Shown in pieces: positions 11,330-24,120 of a DNA stretch of 52,682 nucleotides (position 1 is the stretch's first letter; the number at the start of each line of letters is the position of its first letter). Both the position numbers and the translations under genes were made by a program. Origin of the DNA: Octopus bimaculoides (lineage: Eukaryota); the NCBI RefSeq assembly GCF_001194135.2, contig NC_068981.1, forward strand, positions 110,768,038 to 110,820,719. Direction: 5' to 3'. Below the pieces are notes generated by a model. The model had not been told where the DNA came from, searched no databases, and saw nothing but the letters and a program-made list of their open reading frames with translations.

Positions 11330-12900
11330 AATTTTAACTGAGTGTTGATGTTCTGTGTTAGGAAAGGTTGGGTACAAGGGATAGTTGGCAAGAACCTAGG
11401 ACAGACACAGTATGAGTTAGGATAGGAGGAGACAGGTAAGTTTGTGTGGAGGTATCATGCAAATGACTAATTCAGAGAAGTTGAGATAATGATAATATTG
11501 ATAAAATAGGCAAAATGAGGGGAAAGTGCATCTATGTTAGAAGTTTTAGTGTGTTAGGGAGTAGGTCTTTGTTAAGAAGGCTTGTGTATGTAGCAGCAGC
11601 ACTCTCAGATGTATGAACAATATTTAAATGTTGATCTTACTTGTGTGTTGTAGAGTGTTAGCAGTTGATAAGAGTAAAAATATTTTCTGGCTCTTACGAG
11701 GAAATTTAGTCTTTTTTCTGTTGTGTCTGTATGGGATCATCAGGAAAAGTAATTTGATTGTGAGGTTTAGTATTTATAACAACTGTTAGTGTTTTAATTG
11801 AATATTGTCTAGGAGTAGAGAGGATCTATGCAGGATTGTTTTCTTAATATGTGCTGTAATAGCATGTTTATACTTTTGAAAGAGACCAGATTGTTATGTT
11901 CCCAATGGAAAATATTTTAAAGTTCTATGTTCATGGAGGCAGTGCAGGCTTGTCATGAAATGTTCAAGTTTGAGAGAAATGAAGAGTGATGATATCTGTA
12001 AAGTAGTGAGTATTGTTAGAGGTAATAGTAACTAGGTTGCTAATGTGCAAAAGTAGGAGAGGAGAACATACCAAATGTTGAGGCATAACTAGTACTGATA
12101 ATGTAGGTTTATTAGAAGGTTCCATTAGTACACTCTCTCAGAGTGCGATCTAACATGAAGCTTCCAATCTAAGAGATGAAAGATGGATGAATCCCATAGA
12201 TGAACTGTTTAGATAGATTATCATATAAGGAGCAATCAAGTGCTTTACTAATGTCAAGTGCAATGATATTACTTTCACCAAATTTCTTGAAAGTGGGGGA
12301 ACCACTGGTGAGTGATATAACAGAATAGGTCCCCATAGATTTTGCTCTATGGAAGCTGTTCTAATGACCACTAAGAAGGTAGAAAGAGTTATGGTATTCA
12401 AGAAAATGATTATTAACAACTGTTTCATTACCTTTCAGATGCTGGAGGGGAAACAAGTAGGTTATTAGTTAGCAGAGTTAGAGATATTGATTGTCTTTCT
12501 TGAGGACAGAACATACTGTGGTATAATTTTCATAGATTTGCATAGTTTCCTGTAGAAGAGAAAGGGCAGTGGAAGGAACATTGTTGTCTTGTTGGTTTAA
12601 AATAACTGCTGTTATTTTCAGATTTGGCATGTATGTGGTGATGAGACAGGTGGAAAGGAAATGAAAGGTTTTAGAGGAGTCTTGTTAGTTTGTATATTGT
12701 GCAGTGAGCAGTAAAAATGGAGGTTTTCTCTTCAAGAGTACTGCTGACAGAGCCATCATGTTTCAGGAGTGGTGGCAAGAGGATGCTGCAAAGTTGGTAG
12801 ATATGTTCTTGGAATGTGACCAAAAGGGCTGCTTACAATCTGTGAGACTTAAAATGCACATAAGCACCTTTTGATTTTTGTATGACTGTATGACCTGACA
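11330..12900 (-). mobile_element. Heavily decayed CR1/L2/Jockey-type LINE RT region
   Basis: Minus-strand remnants resembling KVMETIINN, KSMGDLFCYITHQW, DISKALD...ISWIGSF; many stops. Confidence 0.6.
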
Positions 12901-13605
12901 TTTCATTACCAACATCTTTTTATGTCTTTCTAGCTTCTCTACTGCAAAACACCTGTTCCTGTCTCTTATACTTTTAGCACCTGATATAAAGCCACCTCTT
13001 TCAATACTAGACTCCTACTCAGCTGGGGTGTCTTGTCATGCAAGCTACTTGGTAACCTCACTAATGCCAGTGCTGCAAAAAAAGTACCTATTACTCTCTG
13101 TAAAGTGGTTATTATTAGGAAGGACATCCAGCCATAGAAACTTTGTCTGTACCCATATTGGAGCTTGGCACAGTCATGTGGTTCATTATTAGATTCTATT
13201 GAACCATATCCAGCAAATGATGATGGTGATGTGTCATACAGAATTTTATGTGGGTAAAAATCAATCAGTATGTGGAGTAAAGAGTTCTTTATCCATACTG
13301 CTGCAGTATAGCTGTGTAATTGTGGGTATTGATTGTGTGAGCAATGTTAAAGGGCATGTTGAAGAGTATGATTTCTGTCACTTACTTTGCTGTCTCACAT
13401 GGGTCAGAAGGGAAGCAAATTTGCTACTGAGGATTGTTAAGGTATGGAAAACTGGAGGAACTTAACAAGTTGGATAACTTATAGTGCCATTAGGGTTCAG
13501 GAAGTGATGGCAAAGTATGTTGTTTTATTTATAAATTTTACATTTTACTAACAAATTTTCATTTTCATAGATCATTAAAATCTCTAGTAAGTGTCTGTCA
13601 TTTTA

Positions 13606-14764
13606 TGAGGGTTGTCCTGAAATTAAGACAGAAGTGGGCATCATATTTTTATTAACTGACATAGGTTTTTTAAATTGCACATGTTTGTAGAATAACTCTT
13701 TCCCTATAGTAAGGATCTGTATAGTTTCCATCTCCAGCAATCCATTTGTGCCATCACTGAACACAACCCTCAAATACTCTTTGAAAAATTTCAGCTATGC
13801 ACTGTTGTACCCACTTCTTCACCACCACCACTTTCACCTTATCTTTGTCATCAAGTCATTGTCTCTGAAGACTATCCTTCATTGGACCAAACTAGTGGAA
13901 TTTGGAGAGCACTAGGTCCATATTGTGTAGAGAAAGGGGAACTACTGATTGCTCAAATTTAATGATTGCCTGATTTATTACTTAAGTTGTATGTGGTCAT
14001 GCTTTGTGATGGTAAATATGGATTGTTTTTGGGTTCTTGTTTGGTTTCTTTTTCTTATTGGCTCCTCTAAGCTTTTTAATTGTCTCAATGTACTGCTTTC
14101 TGTTCAGTATAAAGCTATTTTCTAGAAAACCTAGGTGAATGTTGTCCTTGTCATCCATAAAACACAGTCACTGTAACTTTCTGTGTCAATTGTTGACTCT
14201 TTTGTTGAAGAGGTGTGATACCATTCAATGGACTGAGCCTTAATTTCCAGATCACAATGATACATCCACATTTCATCTTCTGCTACCAGATGAGGAAAAA
14301 ATATTTTCATTGACCTCAAATACTTCTTCCTGATCATAGCAAACTTTCATTCTTCTCTTTTTCAAATTGGGTATCAACTGCTGAATTACTTTGCATACAT
14401 TTTTCAATATCTTAAGTCTCCCACATCTTGTAAATGTAAAGTACAGCAAGCTCATGGGTTGTTGCCCATTAGTATGAATCAGTTTGTCCACTCACTGGCT
14501 ATTTGTGTAAGTGTGCACTCTGCTCTTGGTCAGTGGTGTCATCTCTATAAATAATCTATTACCTTCTGTGGATGTTGGGAGTCCTGCATTCCTCTTTCAC
14601 AATGAACTCAAGGATAGTATGTCACTTCTGTTGAGAACCTATTATATGCCTGTAATGAAGAAAAAGAAAAAGAATTATTCTCTCAATGTGTGCTATTTGA
14701 ATGACCAGTGTCTGGTAAAAAAAAGGTAATACTCAGTTTTACATGACTTTTGAGATAACCTTCA
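13606..14764 (-). mobile_element. Decayed mariner-family DNA transposon
   Basis: TA at both ends (13604-5, 14765-6); degenerate TIRs TGAGGGTTGTCC / TGAAGGTTATCT; minus-strand remnants of VTGDETW..YDPE.K.QS.EW and YSPDL..S.FH.FGPMKD. Confidence 0.75.
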
Positions 14765-14825
14765 TACTTTATAGTCTTTCCTAGGAAACAACTATTAATT
14801 AAATAAACTTATTTTTTTATTTCAG

Positions 14826-15094
14826 CCGAACAAATTGCTTTGATTGTACATCCAAAAGGGATGAATGTGCCTGGTGTGAAAATACCCACCAATGCCTCAC
14901 TTTTGCACAGTATGTACCACTACATATGTATGGCCAGTGTCAACATTGGGTCTACAGCAAATTACCTAACATTCAGTGTCATAATTGTTCAGTTCATCTC
15001 AATTACACTAACTGCTTGCATCACTTTGGATGTGGTTGGTGCTTCAATGAACATAATCCAACAATTGGTGTGTGTTTAGATGGAGATTTTGTTG
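14826..15094 (+). CDS. MEGF8: MEGF8 internal exon (two PSI-type repeats): RTNCFDCTSKRDECAWCENTHQCLTFAQY...CGWCFNEHNPTIGVCLDGDFV
   Basis: tttcag acceptor, G|gttagt donor, phase 2 to 1, open frame; matches MEGF8 pattern CAWCQSTHTC...CGWCGNEDNPTLGRCLQGDF. Confidence 0.92.
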
Positions 15095-15660
15095 GTTAGT
15101 AGTTACTTTTTCTTCAGTTTTAAAATTTGTGTTAATTTTTAATAATTTTACTTGGTGTTTATATGTTTTGTTTATGTGTATTTCTTTGTTTGTAGGACAA
15201 GATGAAAAAAATTATCTATTATTAACTTATTAAGTATATTGTAAAATCTCCAAACATACAACAGGAGGCTGGGCTGCAAACTGGATTCAGCATATTTTAA
15301 TTACAATAGTATATTCTTGTGGAGCTACAGTTTAACACAAATGGAAGTAACTTGAATAGGGAAATATGCAGAGGGAAAGAGAGGAAGAGGAAGCGACAAA
15401 GAGAGAGACAGAGACAGACAGACAAATACATAGAAAGATACATGCAAGAGAAAGAGGGTAACAGTGAGGAGAGTGGAGATTCAATCATGAAGAGAGAGCA
15501 GTAGAAAGAAGAATGTTAAGATGTAACAAAGTTTGTGATATCGCTACATCTTCCATTATCTCATTTTCTTATTCTCTCTGTGTGCATATATTGAAAGTGT
15601 TCTTGAATTGTATCTTTGTATACACTATTATTTTGCCACGTGAATGGAAAAATACTGAGA

Positions 15661-15737
<77 letters not shown>
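15661..15737. repeat. Compound (CT)n(AT)n microsatellite
   Basis: Directly visible. Confidence 0.95.
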
Positions 15738-15741
<4 letters not shown>

Positions 15742-16417
15742 CAAAGAATATATATACATGTATACACACATATATGTACATACTTACATCTACATGTGTA
15801 TATACATGCATATCAGGGTACACGACGTTNNNNNNNNNNNNNNNNNNNNNNNNNNNNNNNNNNNNNNNNNNNNNNNNNNNNNNNNNNNNNNNNNNNNNNN
15901 NNNNNNNNNNNNNNNNNNNNNNNNNNNNNNNNNNNNNNNNNNNNNNNNNNNNNNNNNNNNNNNNNNNNNNNNNNNNNNNNNNNNNNNNNNNNNNNNNNNN
16001 NNNNNNNNNNNNNNNNNNNNNNNNNNNNNNNNNNNNNNNNNNNNNNNNNNNNNNNNNNNNNNNNNNNNNNNNNNNNNNNNNNNNNNNNNNNNNNNNNNNN
16101 NNNNNNNNNNNNNNNNNNNNNNNNNNNNNNNNNNNNNNNNNNNNNNNNNNNNNNNNNNNNNNNNNNNNNNNNNNNNNNNNNNNNNNNNNNNNNNNNNNNN
16201 NNNNNNNNNNNNNNNNNNNNNNNNNNNNNNNNNNNNNNNNNNNNNNNNNNNNNNNNNNNNNNNNNNNNNNNNNNNNNNNNNNNNNNNNNNNNNNNNNNNN
16301 NNNNNNNNNNNNNNNNNNNNNNNNNNNNNNNNNNNNNNNNNNNNNNNNNNNNNNNNNNNNNNNNNNNNNNNNNNNNNNNNNNNNNNNNNNNNNNNNNNNN
16401 NNNNNNNNNNNNNNNNN

Positions 16418-16812
16418 TTACCTGTTTCAGTCATTTGACTGTGGCCATGCTGGAGCACCGCCTTTAGTCGAGCAAATCGACTCCAGGACTTATTCTTTGT
16501 AAGCCTAGTACTTATTCTATCGGTCTCTTTTGCCGAACCGCTAAGTTATGGGGACGTAAACACACCAGCATCGGTTGTCAAGTGATGTTGGGGGGACAAA
16601 CACAGACACACAAACATATACACACACATACATATATATATACACATATATGACAGGCTTCTTTCAGTTTCCATCTACCAAATCCACTCACAAGGCTTTG
16701 GTCAACTTGAGGCTATAGAAGAAGACACTTGCCCAAGGTGCCATGCAGTGGGACTGAACCTGGAACCATGTGGTTTGTAAGCAAGCTACTTACCACAGCC
16801 ACTCCTACGCCT
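16418..16812 (-). mobile_element. tRNA-derived SINE, near full length
   Basis: Same family as 11-174 and 49747-50207. Confidence 0.9.
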
Positions 16813-17086
16813 ATTTATGGTATATATAATCTTTTATTTATTTAGTCTATTACTGGTTATTGGATTGCAACCAAAATAAGGTACTGTCATCAAGGGTTTA
16901 GTTGATCAAATTGATGCCAGTAATTATTTTAAAGTCTGGTATTTATTTTATCAATGTGTATTTATTGAACCAGCGTGTTATGGTACATCAATAACATCTC
17001 TGGTTTTGAGGAGCATAAATGTAAGCACACACATAGATATGCAATCTCACACACAAGGTGAACAAAAGTTGATATGTACTGTGTAT

Positions 17087-17122
<36 letters not shown>

Positions 17123-17129
17123 ATGTAGC

Positions 17130-17700
17130 TCCTTTACTCATGTGTGACATGGACCCTTTACGGGTATCATATAAGGATCCTTGAACACTTCCATCAGAGA
17201 TGTCTGAGACATATTCTGAATGTTCGCTGGTCCATGTGGACTCCAGACACAGAAAGAAGTTTTGAGAGGAACCAATGTCCTGAGCATTGAGGTATTGGTA
17301 TATAAGCACCGTTTATGTTGGACTTGACATCTTTGGATGAATGATCAGAGGATCTCTAAATAGATGCTATATAGCGAACTTCTTTGCGTAAATCAAGACT
17401 ATGGTTTAAGGATTGCATAAACCCTCATTGAAGGCATCTGAAATATGGGCAATTAGTTGGGAAAGCAATGCTTCTCATTGTCACCAATGGAGAAAGCAAG
17501 CAAAGGAAGGAATGAATATTTTTGAAAAAGCTTGCATTTCTCATATAGAATTTAAGTGAGCTGCTCGAAAATGCACTACCAGTGTAGTGAATGGGGGAAG
17601 CTTGGTCTGCAATATTTGTGGATGTATATGTTTATCAAGAGCTGAGCTTATTAGCCACCAGTTGAGCCACAAGTGTAAAGTATAAATTTGTCTGAGCGCA
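17130..17700 (+). mobile_element. Decayed 3' end of a BovB-like RTE ORF
   Basis: ILEHFHQRCLRHILNVRW...TNVLSIEVL..HRL.W, then a Cys/His tail LVCNICGCICLSRAELISH. Confidence 0.65.
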
Positions 17701-17869
17701 CAGTGTTTTGAATGGTTAGTTTTCTTCAGTCATGAGTGCACAACCATCGTGTGTACATGTATGCTGTATGCATACACAAACACACACACATTATTAGCTT
17801 CTACATTGTTTCTACTTACACATACATGCTTACACACTCAGATTTATACACACACATACACATATATGA

Positions 17870-18620
17870 CAAAAAGAAGATGGAAATAGAGACATATAAC
17901 AAAGTGGACAATTGGAAGTTCTTCAGAGACAATCTACTGAGGGCTATAGATAAAATTTATGGCTGGTGCAAAATTCATGCTAGATGAAGGTTGATGTTGT
18001 GGTGGAATAGGGAAGTAGACAGAGCAAAAAAAGTGAAAGGGCTGACTTGGAAGGTGTGGAACAATAGGGGCAGCTGAAAATTTTACCAGGCAGCTGGAGA
18101 AGAAGTTAGGAGGCAGGTCTATTTAGCAAAAGGAGAGGACCAAAGCCGTGAGGTGTTCCAGATTGCAAGGCAGTGACCAGAGAAAATCAAGATGTTGTGA
18201 GAGAGAAGTGTGTGTGGTGAGATGATGGCATGCTAGCATGGGAGTGCTGTTATGAAAGGTTATTAAGTGTGGAGAAAGTATGGGAGAAAGAGAGTTTTCC
18301 TATTGTGAACTTGAGAGAAGGTCCAGCCATGTGTGTTGTGAGCAATGTGATATATAAAGCTCTTAAGAATATGAAGATTAGAAAACTCCCTACTCCATCA
18401 GGAATTACCTCTGAACGCTTAAACATCTGGCAGTGTACGCTATGGCCTAGTCACTTGTATAGTTAATCAGGTCATACATGAGGGTATCACACCCAATGAT
18501 TGGTGTAGCAGCATCATGGTCAACTATTACAAGAGTAAAGGAAATGCCTTAGGAAGATATAATTACAGAGGTGTCAAATTACTGACCAAGTTATGAAAGT
18601 TACTGAACGAGTCATAGCCT
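17870..18620 (+). mobile_element. Decayed RTE fragment (linker to RT start)
   Basis: Homologous to 3500-3740 and 31000-31900 (PSGITSE, PNDWCSSIMVNYYKSKG, NYRGVKLL). Confidence 0.75.
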
Positions 18621-19292
18621 TTAAATTCGTCTTCAGAACTAAGTTGTATAACATGTGCATAATTTTCAAAAGTAAAGAAGAGGTTGAATTATTCAAATTA
18701 TATGTGGTAAAATTGCTGGGAAAAAGTTACTAAGAACAATTGTAAAATGTTTTTTGGTTCATTATTGTAAGAAACTTATATGGCAATTAGCACTATAAAC
18801 CATTGAAATTAAATTTTATGTAGAAGGGGACAGTCACAAGAATCTTGAGATTAGCTCTCAGCAAAAATTTTTAGATTTTTGAGTAATCTGGTTATTAGGG
18901 CACAATACCATTTTAGCTGTCAGAGGATATCTCATGATAAGGGCTTAATGAATTAATCAAACTCCTACAATTCCTTGGAATACTATTTGAATGCCAAAAC
19001 ATGACATACAAAACTTATCGCTTCATCAATAAACTTTGTAGTTACAAGCATTAATTGGGATGTTTATCTCTAGAGATAAGTGCACAACTCTTGCTCTAAG
19101 TCCATTTTGGTTACTTTTGCCATGGCCACCACTAAAACTTACTGGAATGTAGGTACAGACTGTGCAGTGAAGGAAATGTGATATGCCCAGACTGCAGTAT
19201 TTCATTTCACTTATATTGGAGTACATAGTGTGGTGCTCAGTCAGTTAGAAGTATGGAATATTTGGGGCCTTGGATTTGTGGATTCTTCTGTT

Positions 19293-19620
19293 ACCTTTTA
19301 CTTGTTTCAGTCATTGAATTCTGGCCATGCTGGGGCACCACACTGAAATGTTTTGTTGATCAAATCAATCTCTATACTAATTCTTTCAAAGTCTGGTCTC
19401 TTTTTCGCCAGGGGCATAAACGATACTAGCTGTCAAGCAGAGGTGGGGGACTATCACAAACACAAAGACACACATATTTATGCATACATATACATACAAT
19501 GGGATTTCACACAGTTTCCATCTACCAAATTCACTCAGAAGGCATTAGCCAGCCTAGAGCTATACTCGACACTTGCCCAGAGTGCTTTGCACTTAAAACT
19601 GACTCAGACGCCAAGTAAGG
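19293..19620 (-). mobile_element. Diverged SINE copy
   Basis: cttgtttcagtcattg...ggccatgctggggcacc...ctaccaaattcactc matches the SINE family. Confidence 0.7.
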
Positions 19621-19721
19621 TTAATTATACAACAGTGTTTTTTTATTATGTAATACCGTAGAAACGCTCAATCAGAGCTACACAACAGTATCAACAGTGA
19701 TGTTCTTTTCATGAATGAAAT

Positions 19722-20070
19722 ATCATCATCATCCACTTTCCATACTGGCATTAGTTAGATGGTTTATAAGCGAGAGAGCTGCACCATGTTCCAGTCTAAT
19801 CTTGGCTTGGTTTCTATGGGTGGATGCCCTTCCAAATGCCAACCACTCGAGAATTGGGTGTTGCTTATGTGTCATGCATGGGTGTTTTTATGTGTCACCA
19901 GCACAGGTGCTTTTATGTGTTACCAGCATCAGCCACAACTATGATTTCACTTGACTTGACAAGTCTTCTAAAGCACAGTAAATTGCCAAAGGTTACAATC
20001 ACTTTTCATCACCTCTGTGAGACCCAACATTCAAAGATCATGCTTCCCCACCTTGTCCCATGTCTTCCTG
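19722..20070 (-). mobile_element. RTE 3' end fragment
   Basis: catcatcat tail, ggatgcccttcc..gccaaccactc, ORF-end homology. Confidence 0.7.
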
Positions 20071-20689
20071 GGTCTGCTATGAAAACAATAGTTTCAAATT
20101 ATTTCAAATTAGAAGGTTCCACAACCTTCGAAAGATTTTTCTCACTTAGAGCAAATTTAATAGGTTATTTGTAATCTCAAGTTTTTAATATTCTACTTCA
20201 AATCTGAAGTTAAAAAGTACTCATTATGCAAGAAATATAAACCATTATCCATATAAGTTAGACTTTATAATTAAATATTTACTCAGATATTCAGTAGAGT
20301 CATCCAAAATAGCACTTGCAAAATTTACCCCTGTATTCAAATATGGATATGATAATAACTATCATTTGATATATAAAAACTTTATAAAAACTCTCAATCT
20401 TTTGCCTTAATGAGTCATAACATTTAAACTTTGTATATACTTGTTAATGTGGATTTAGAAAAGAGTGTATAGCTATTCATCCCCTCTTCCTAAATCCGAA
20501 TTTACTCTTTCAGTGTAATTAAAGATTAAAAACAGTTTTGAGATATTGTATTAACCGCAGGTTTACATCACTATAATATTTACAGTTTACCAGATAAATT
20601 ATTTAAAATTTACTTTAATGATAAGATACTACCTATAGCAGGATAGTAGAAACATGTATGGGTGAATATGACTATGCATCTTCAACTTT

Positions 20690-21380
20690 TACATAAATCA
20701 CATGTACAGTGCATGTACTGTATGGTCATGTGATGTGTGTGGGCGAGGACAGATGTGTAAAAAAGTGCTGCACTCTAATGGTGGAGGGAACCTGTGTAAA
20801 AGGTAGACCCAGGGAGACATGGGGTGTTGGGCCTCACAGAGGTAGTGACAAGTGATCAAGATCTTTGTGATATGCTGTGCTTGAGAAGACCTGTCAAGCC
20901 AAGTGAGATTGTAGTTGTGGCCGATGCCAGTGTTGCATAACTGGCATGTAAAAAGAACCCTTCAAATGTTGAGTGATATGCTGTGCTTGAGAAGACCTAT
21001 CAAGCTAAGTGAAATCGTACTTGTGGCCAAAGCCAGTGCTGTCTGACTGGTACCCGTACCGGTGGCACAGGAAAAGCATCGTTTGAGTGTTGGGCCTCAT
21101 GGAGGCAGTGACAGGTGACCATAACCGTTGGCAATATATTGTGCTTGTGAAGATCTGTCAAGCCAAGTGAGATCATAGTTGTGGCTGATGCCGGTGTCAT
21201 GTCAATGGTACCCCTGCCAATGGCACTTAAAAAGCACCCACTACACTCTTGGAGTGGTTGGCATTAGGAAGGTCGTCTAGCTGTAGAAACCAAGCCTAAT
21301 CAGATTGAAACTTGGTGCAGCTCCCCAGCTTATCAGTTATCAGTCAAACTGTCCAGCCCATGATGATACTGATATAAATC
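20690..21380 (+). mobile_element. RTE 3' fragment with the ORF-end/UTR junction repeated in tandem about three times
   Basis: atatgctgtgcttgagaagacc..tcaagccaagtgag recurs near 20870, 20978 and 21135. Confidence 0.8.
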
Positions 21381-21831
21381 TAGTTCCATTTAACTGTCAA
21401 TACAATTACACTCCAAATGTTGTATGATGAACTTAACAATATATCAGACTAATTTAATTCTTATAAACATGCCTGAAACACTAATTAAACCAATAATAAT
21501 AGTATACCCCTTAAGCATTTGAGTCCCTTATTTGCAGCAACTACTCCACAAAGTGGGTGGAATCTGAAAAATGGCTATTTTACCAATTTATTTTTACTAT
21601 TACAAGATGGAAAAATTTTATTTCTGTAGATGCATTACTAACATTGTTTTTCTCTTTTAATTATGAAATGCAGGTTTAATAAAATCTAAATAATCTATTC
21701 CAAACATTGATCTAAAAAATAGCTAGAAGTATGTAAAAATTTCATCGTCCAACTAAATTTTTTAAATGTGTTATTACATATATTGAAAGAAAAATCTTTG
21801 TTTTTTTAGCCTCATTTTCCTTATTCTAATA

Positions 21832-23642
21832 CAGAGTGTCCCAAAAGTTACTGATGGGTTTTAATTTTTAATATCTTCCTGATCTTTACAAATAAATGCA
21901 TGAAATTTTGCAACACCAATACATCACATATGAAAAATGACATCACTTAAATGGCAGCCATTTTTGGCTTTGCATGCCTGTGCTCTTTCCAAAACTTGTA
22001 CCATAACACCCTCAAAAGTTTCAGACCCTACTTCTCTGATTTCTCTATTGATGTTCTTTAGTTGCACCAGGGTCTCTGGTTTGTTGATGTAAACCCTCTC
22101 TTTCAGGTATCCCCACAAGAAAAAATCTGAACTAGTCAAGCCTCGGGAATGTGAAGGCTATTCAAAATAGACTTCACACATGGTTCCAGCAAGATGGGGC
22201 AACTGCTCATACTGCAAAAGAAACAATGCAGTTGCTATGGCAGTGCTTTAGAGAGAGAATAGTCTCCTGTTACGGCAATGTCAATTGGCCTTCACATTCC
22301 ACTAACTTGACTAACCTGGATTTTTCTTGTGGGGATACTTGAAAGAGAGGGTTCATGTCAACAAACCGGAGACCCTGGTGCAACTGAAGGAGAACATCAA
22401 TAGAGAAATCAGAGAAGTGGGGTCTGAAGCTCTTGAGGATGTTATGGTGACAAGTTTTGGAAAGAGCATGAATGCGTGAAGCCAAAAATGGCAGCCATGT
22501 AAGTGATGTCATTTTTCATATATGATTGAAGCCAGTATGCTCCGATAGATGTGTAATGTCAGTGTGCATACGTGACAGAGTGTAAGTACCTTGAGAGAAA
22601 AGTTGATCCTAAGAAGGATCAGTTGTGGTGTGCAAGAGAGACAATTGCGCTGGTATGGTCATGTGGCAAGAATGGATGAGGATAGCTGTGTGAAAAAGTG
22701 CCACACCCTAGCGGTTGAGGGAACCTTTGGAAGAGGTAGACCCAGGAAGTCCTAGGATGAGGTGGTGAAGCACGACCTTTGAACATTAGGCTTTACCGAG
22801 GCAATGACTTCCGACAGAGACCTTTGGAAATATGCTGTGCATGAGAAGACTCGGCAAGCCAAGTGAGACCATAATCCAAGGCCTCTGCCAGGAGAGTAGC
22901 CAGCCAACTTATGCGTACCTTTCCTTCATTGGACACTAAACTCTGCTTGCGAAGACCTGTTGAGGCAAGTGAAATCGAAATCGAACTAAATTCGACAACT
23001 GGCACTCATGCCAACGTCTCCTTTATTGGACACTAAACTCGGCTTTCGAAAACCTGTTGGGGCAAGTAAAAGCTAAATTGTGATGGCACCTGTACAAGTG
23101 TGATCATTGCCAGAGCAGCTGTCTGGCTTCCGTGCCAGTGGCATGTAAATAACACCATTTGAGCGTGATCGTTACCAGTGTCGCCTTCCTGGCACGTGAA
23201 AAGACATTCGAGTGAGGTTGTTGTCAGTGCCACTGGACTGGCTCCTGTGCAGGTGGCACATAAAATATGCCATTTTGAGCATGGCCGTTGCCAGTACCGC
23301 ATGGCTGTTGCCAGTACCGGTGGCACGTAAAAGCACCCACTACACTGTCGGAGTGGTTGGCATTAGGAAGGGCATCCAGCTGTGTAGAAACTGCCAAATC
23401 AGATTGGAGCCTAGTGTAGCCATCTGGTTCACCAGTCCTCACTCAAATCGTCCAACCCATGCTAGCATGGAAAGCAGACGTTACATGATGATGATGATGA
23501 TGTAATGGTGTTGCAAAATTTGACTTGTGCATATTAATTTCCATTATGTCCTTTATATTGTATCAAAATTTCATGCATTTATTTGTAAAGTTAAGGAAGT
23601 TATTAAAAATTGAAACCCATCAGTGAGTTTTGGGACACCCTA
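21832..23642. mobile_element. Palindromic Tc1/mariner deletion derivative (two 3' ends of one element, inverted), interrupted by an RTE
   Basis: TA-flanked TIRs CAGAGTGTCCCAAAA / TTTTGGGACACCCT; 21832-22158 mirrors 22288-22526 plus 23502-23642; transposase motifs WFQQDGATAHTA and DFFLWGYLKERVY. Confidence 0.9.
22527..23501 (+). mobile_element. 5'-truncated RTE copy with (ATG)n tail
   Basis: High similarity to reverse complement of 1389-2440; tail at 23485-23501. Confidence 0.92.
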
Positions 23643-23739
23643 TATAAAGCCTAATGTTTCAAATAGTTTTGACTATATTTGTCAACAGCTGTTTGGGCTG
23701 GAAATGAACTTAAACTAGACATTCCTTCCCTTGAAGCAG

Positions 23740-24120
23740 CAAGCTTGTAGAACTGCTAGAGTGTTAGAGAAAATGCCTTGCAGTGTTTCTTCTGGTTCTC
23801 TGTGTTCTCAGTTCAAATTCCGATGAGGTCAACTTTGCCTTTCATCTCTCTCTCCAGCATTGATAAAATAAAATCCTAGTCAAACACTGGAGTCAATGAT
23901 ATTAATTAAGCCCCTCCCCTCAAAATTGTTGGTTTTGTGCCTAAATTAGAAACCCTTATTTCCTACAAGGTTCTTCTGCATTATATATTATACTATACTA
24001 TAGACTTTGCTTTTCATCCTTTCGGGGTTGATAAAATAAGTATCAGTCGTGCACTGGGCTCAATGTAATCAACTTACTCCCTTCCCTGAAACTGCTGGCC
24101 TTGTACCAAAATTCAAAAGT
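23740..24120 (+). mobile_element. Second SINE type, about two tandem partial copies
   Basis: gttcaaattcc B-box-like motif; ctttgcctttcatc...gataaaataa...cactgg..tcaatg..at repeated at about 23830-23960 and 24005-24120. Confidence 0.6.
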
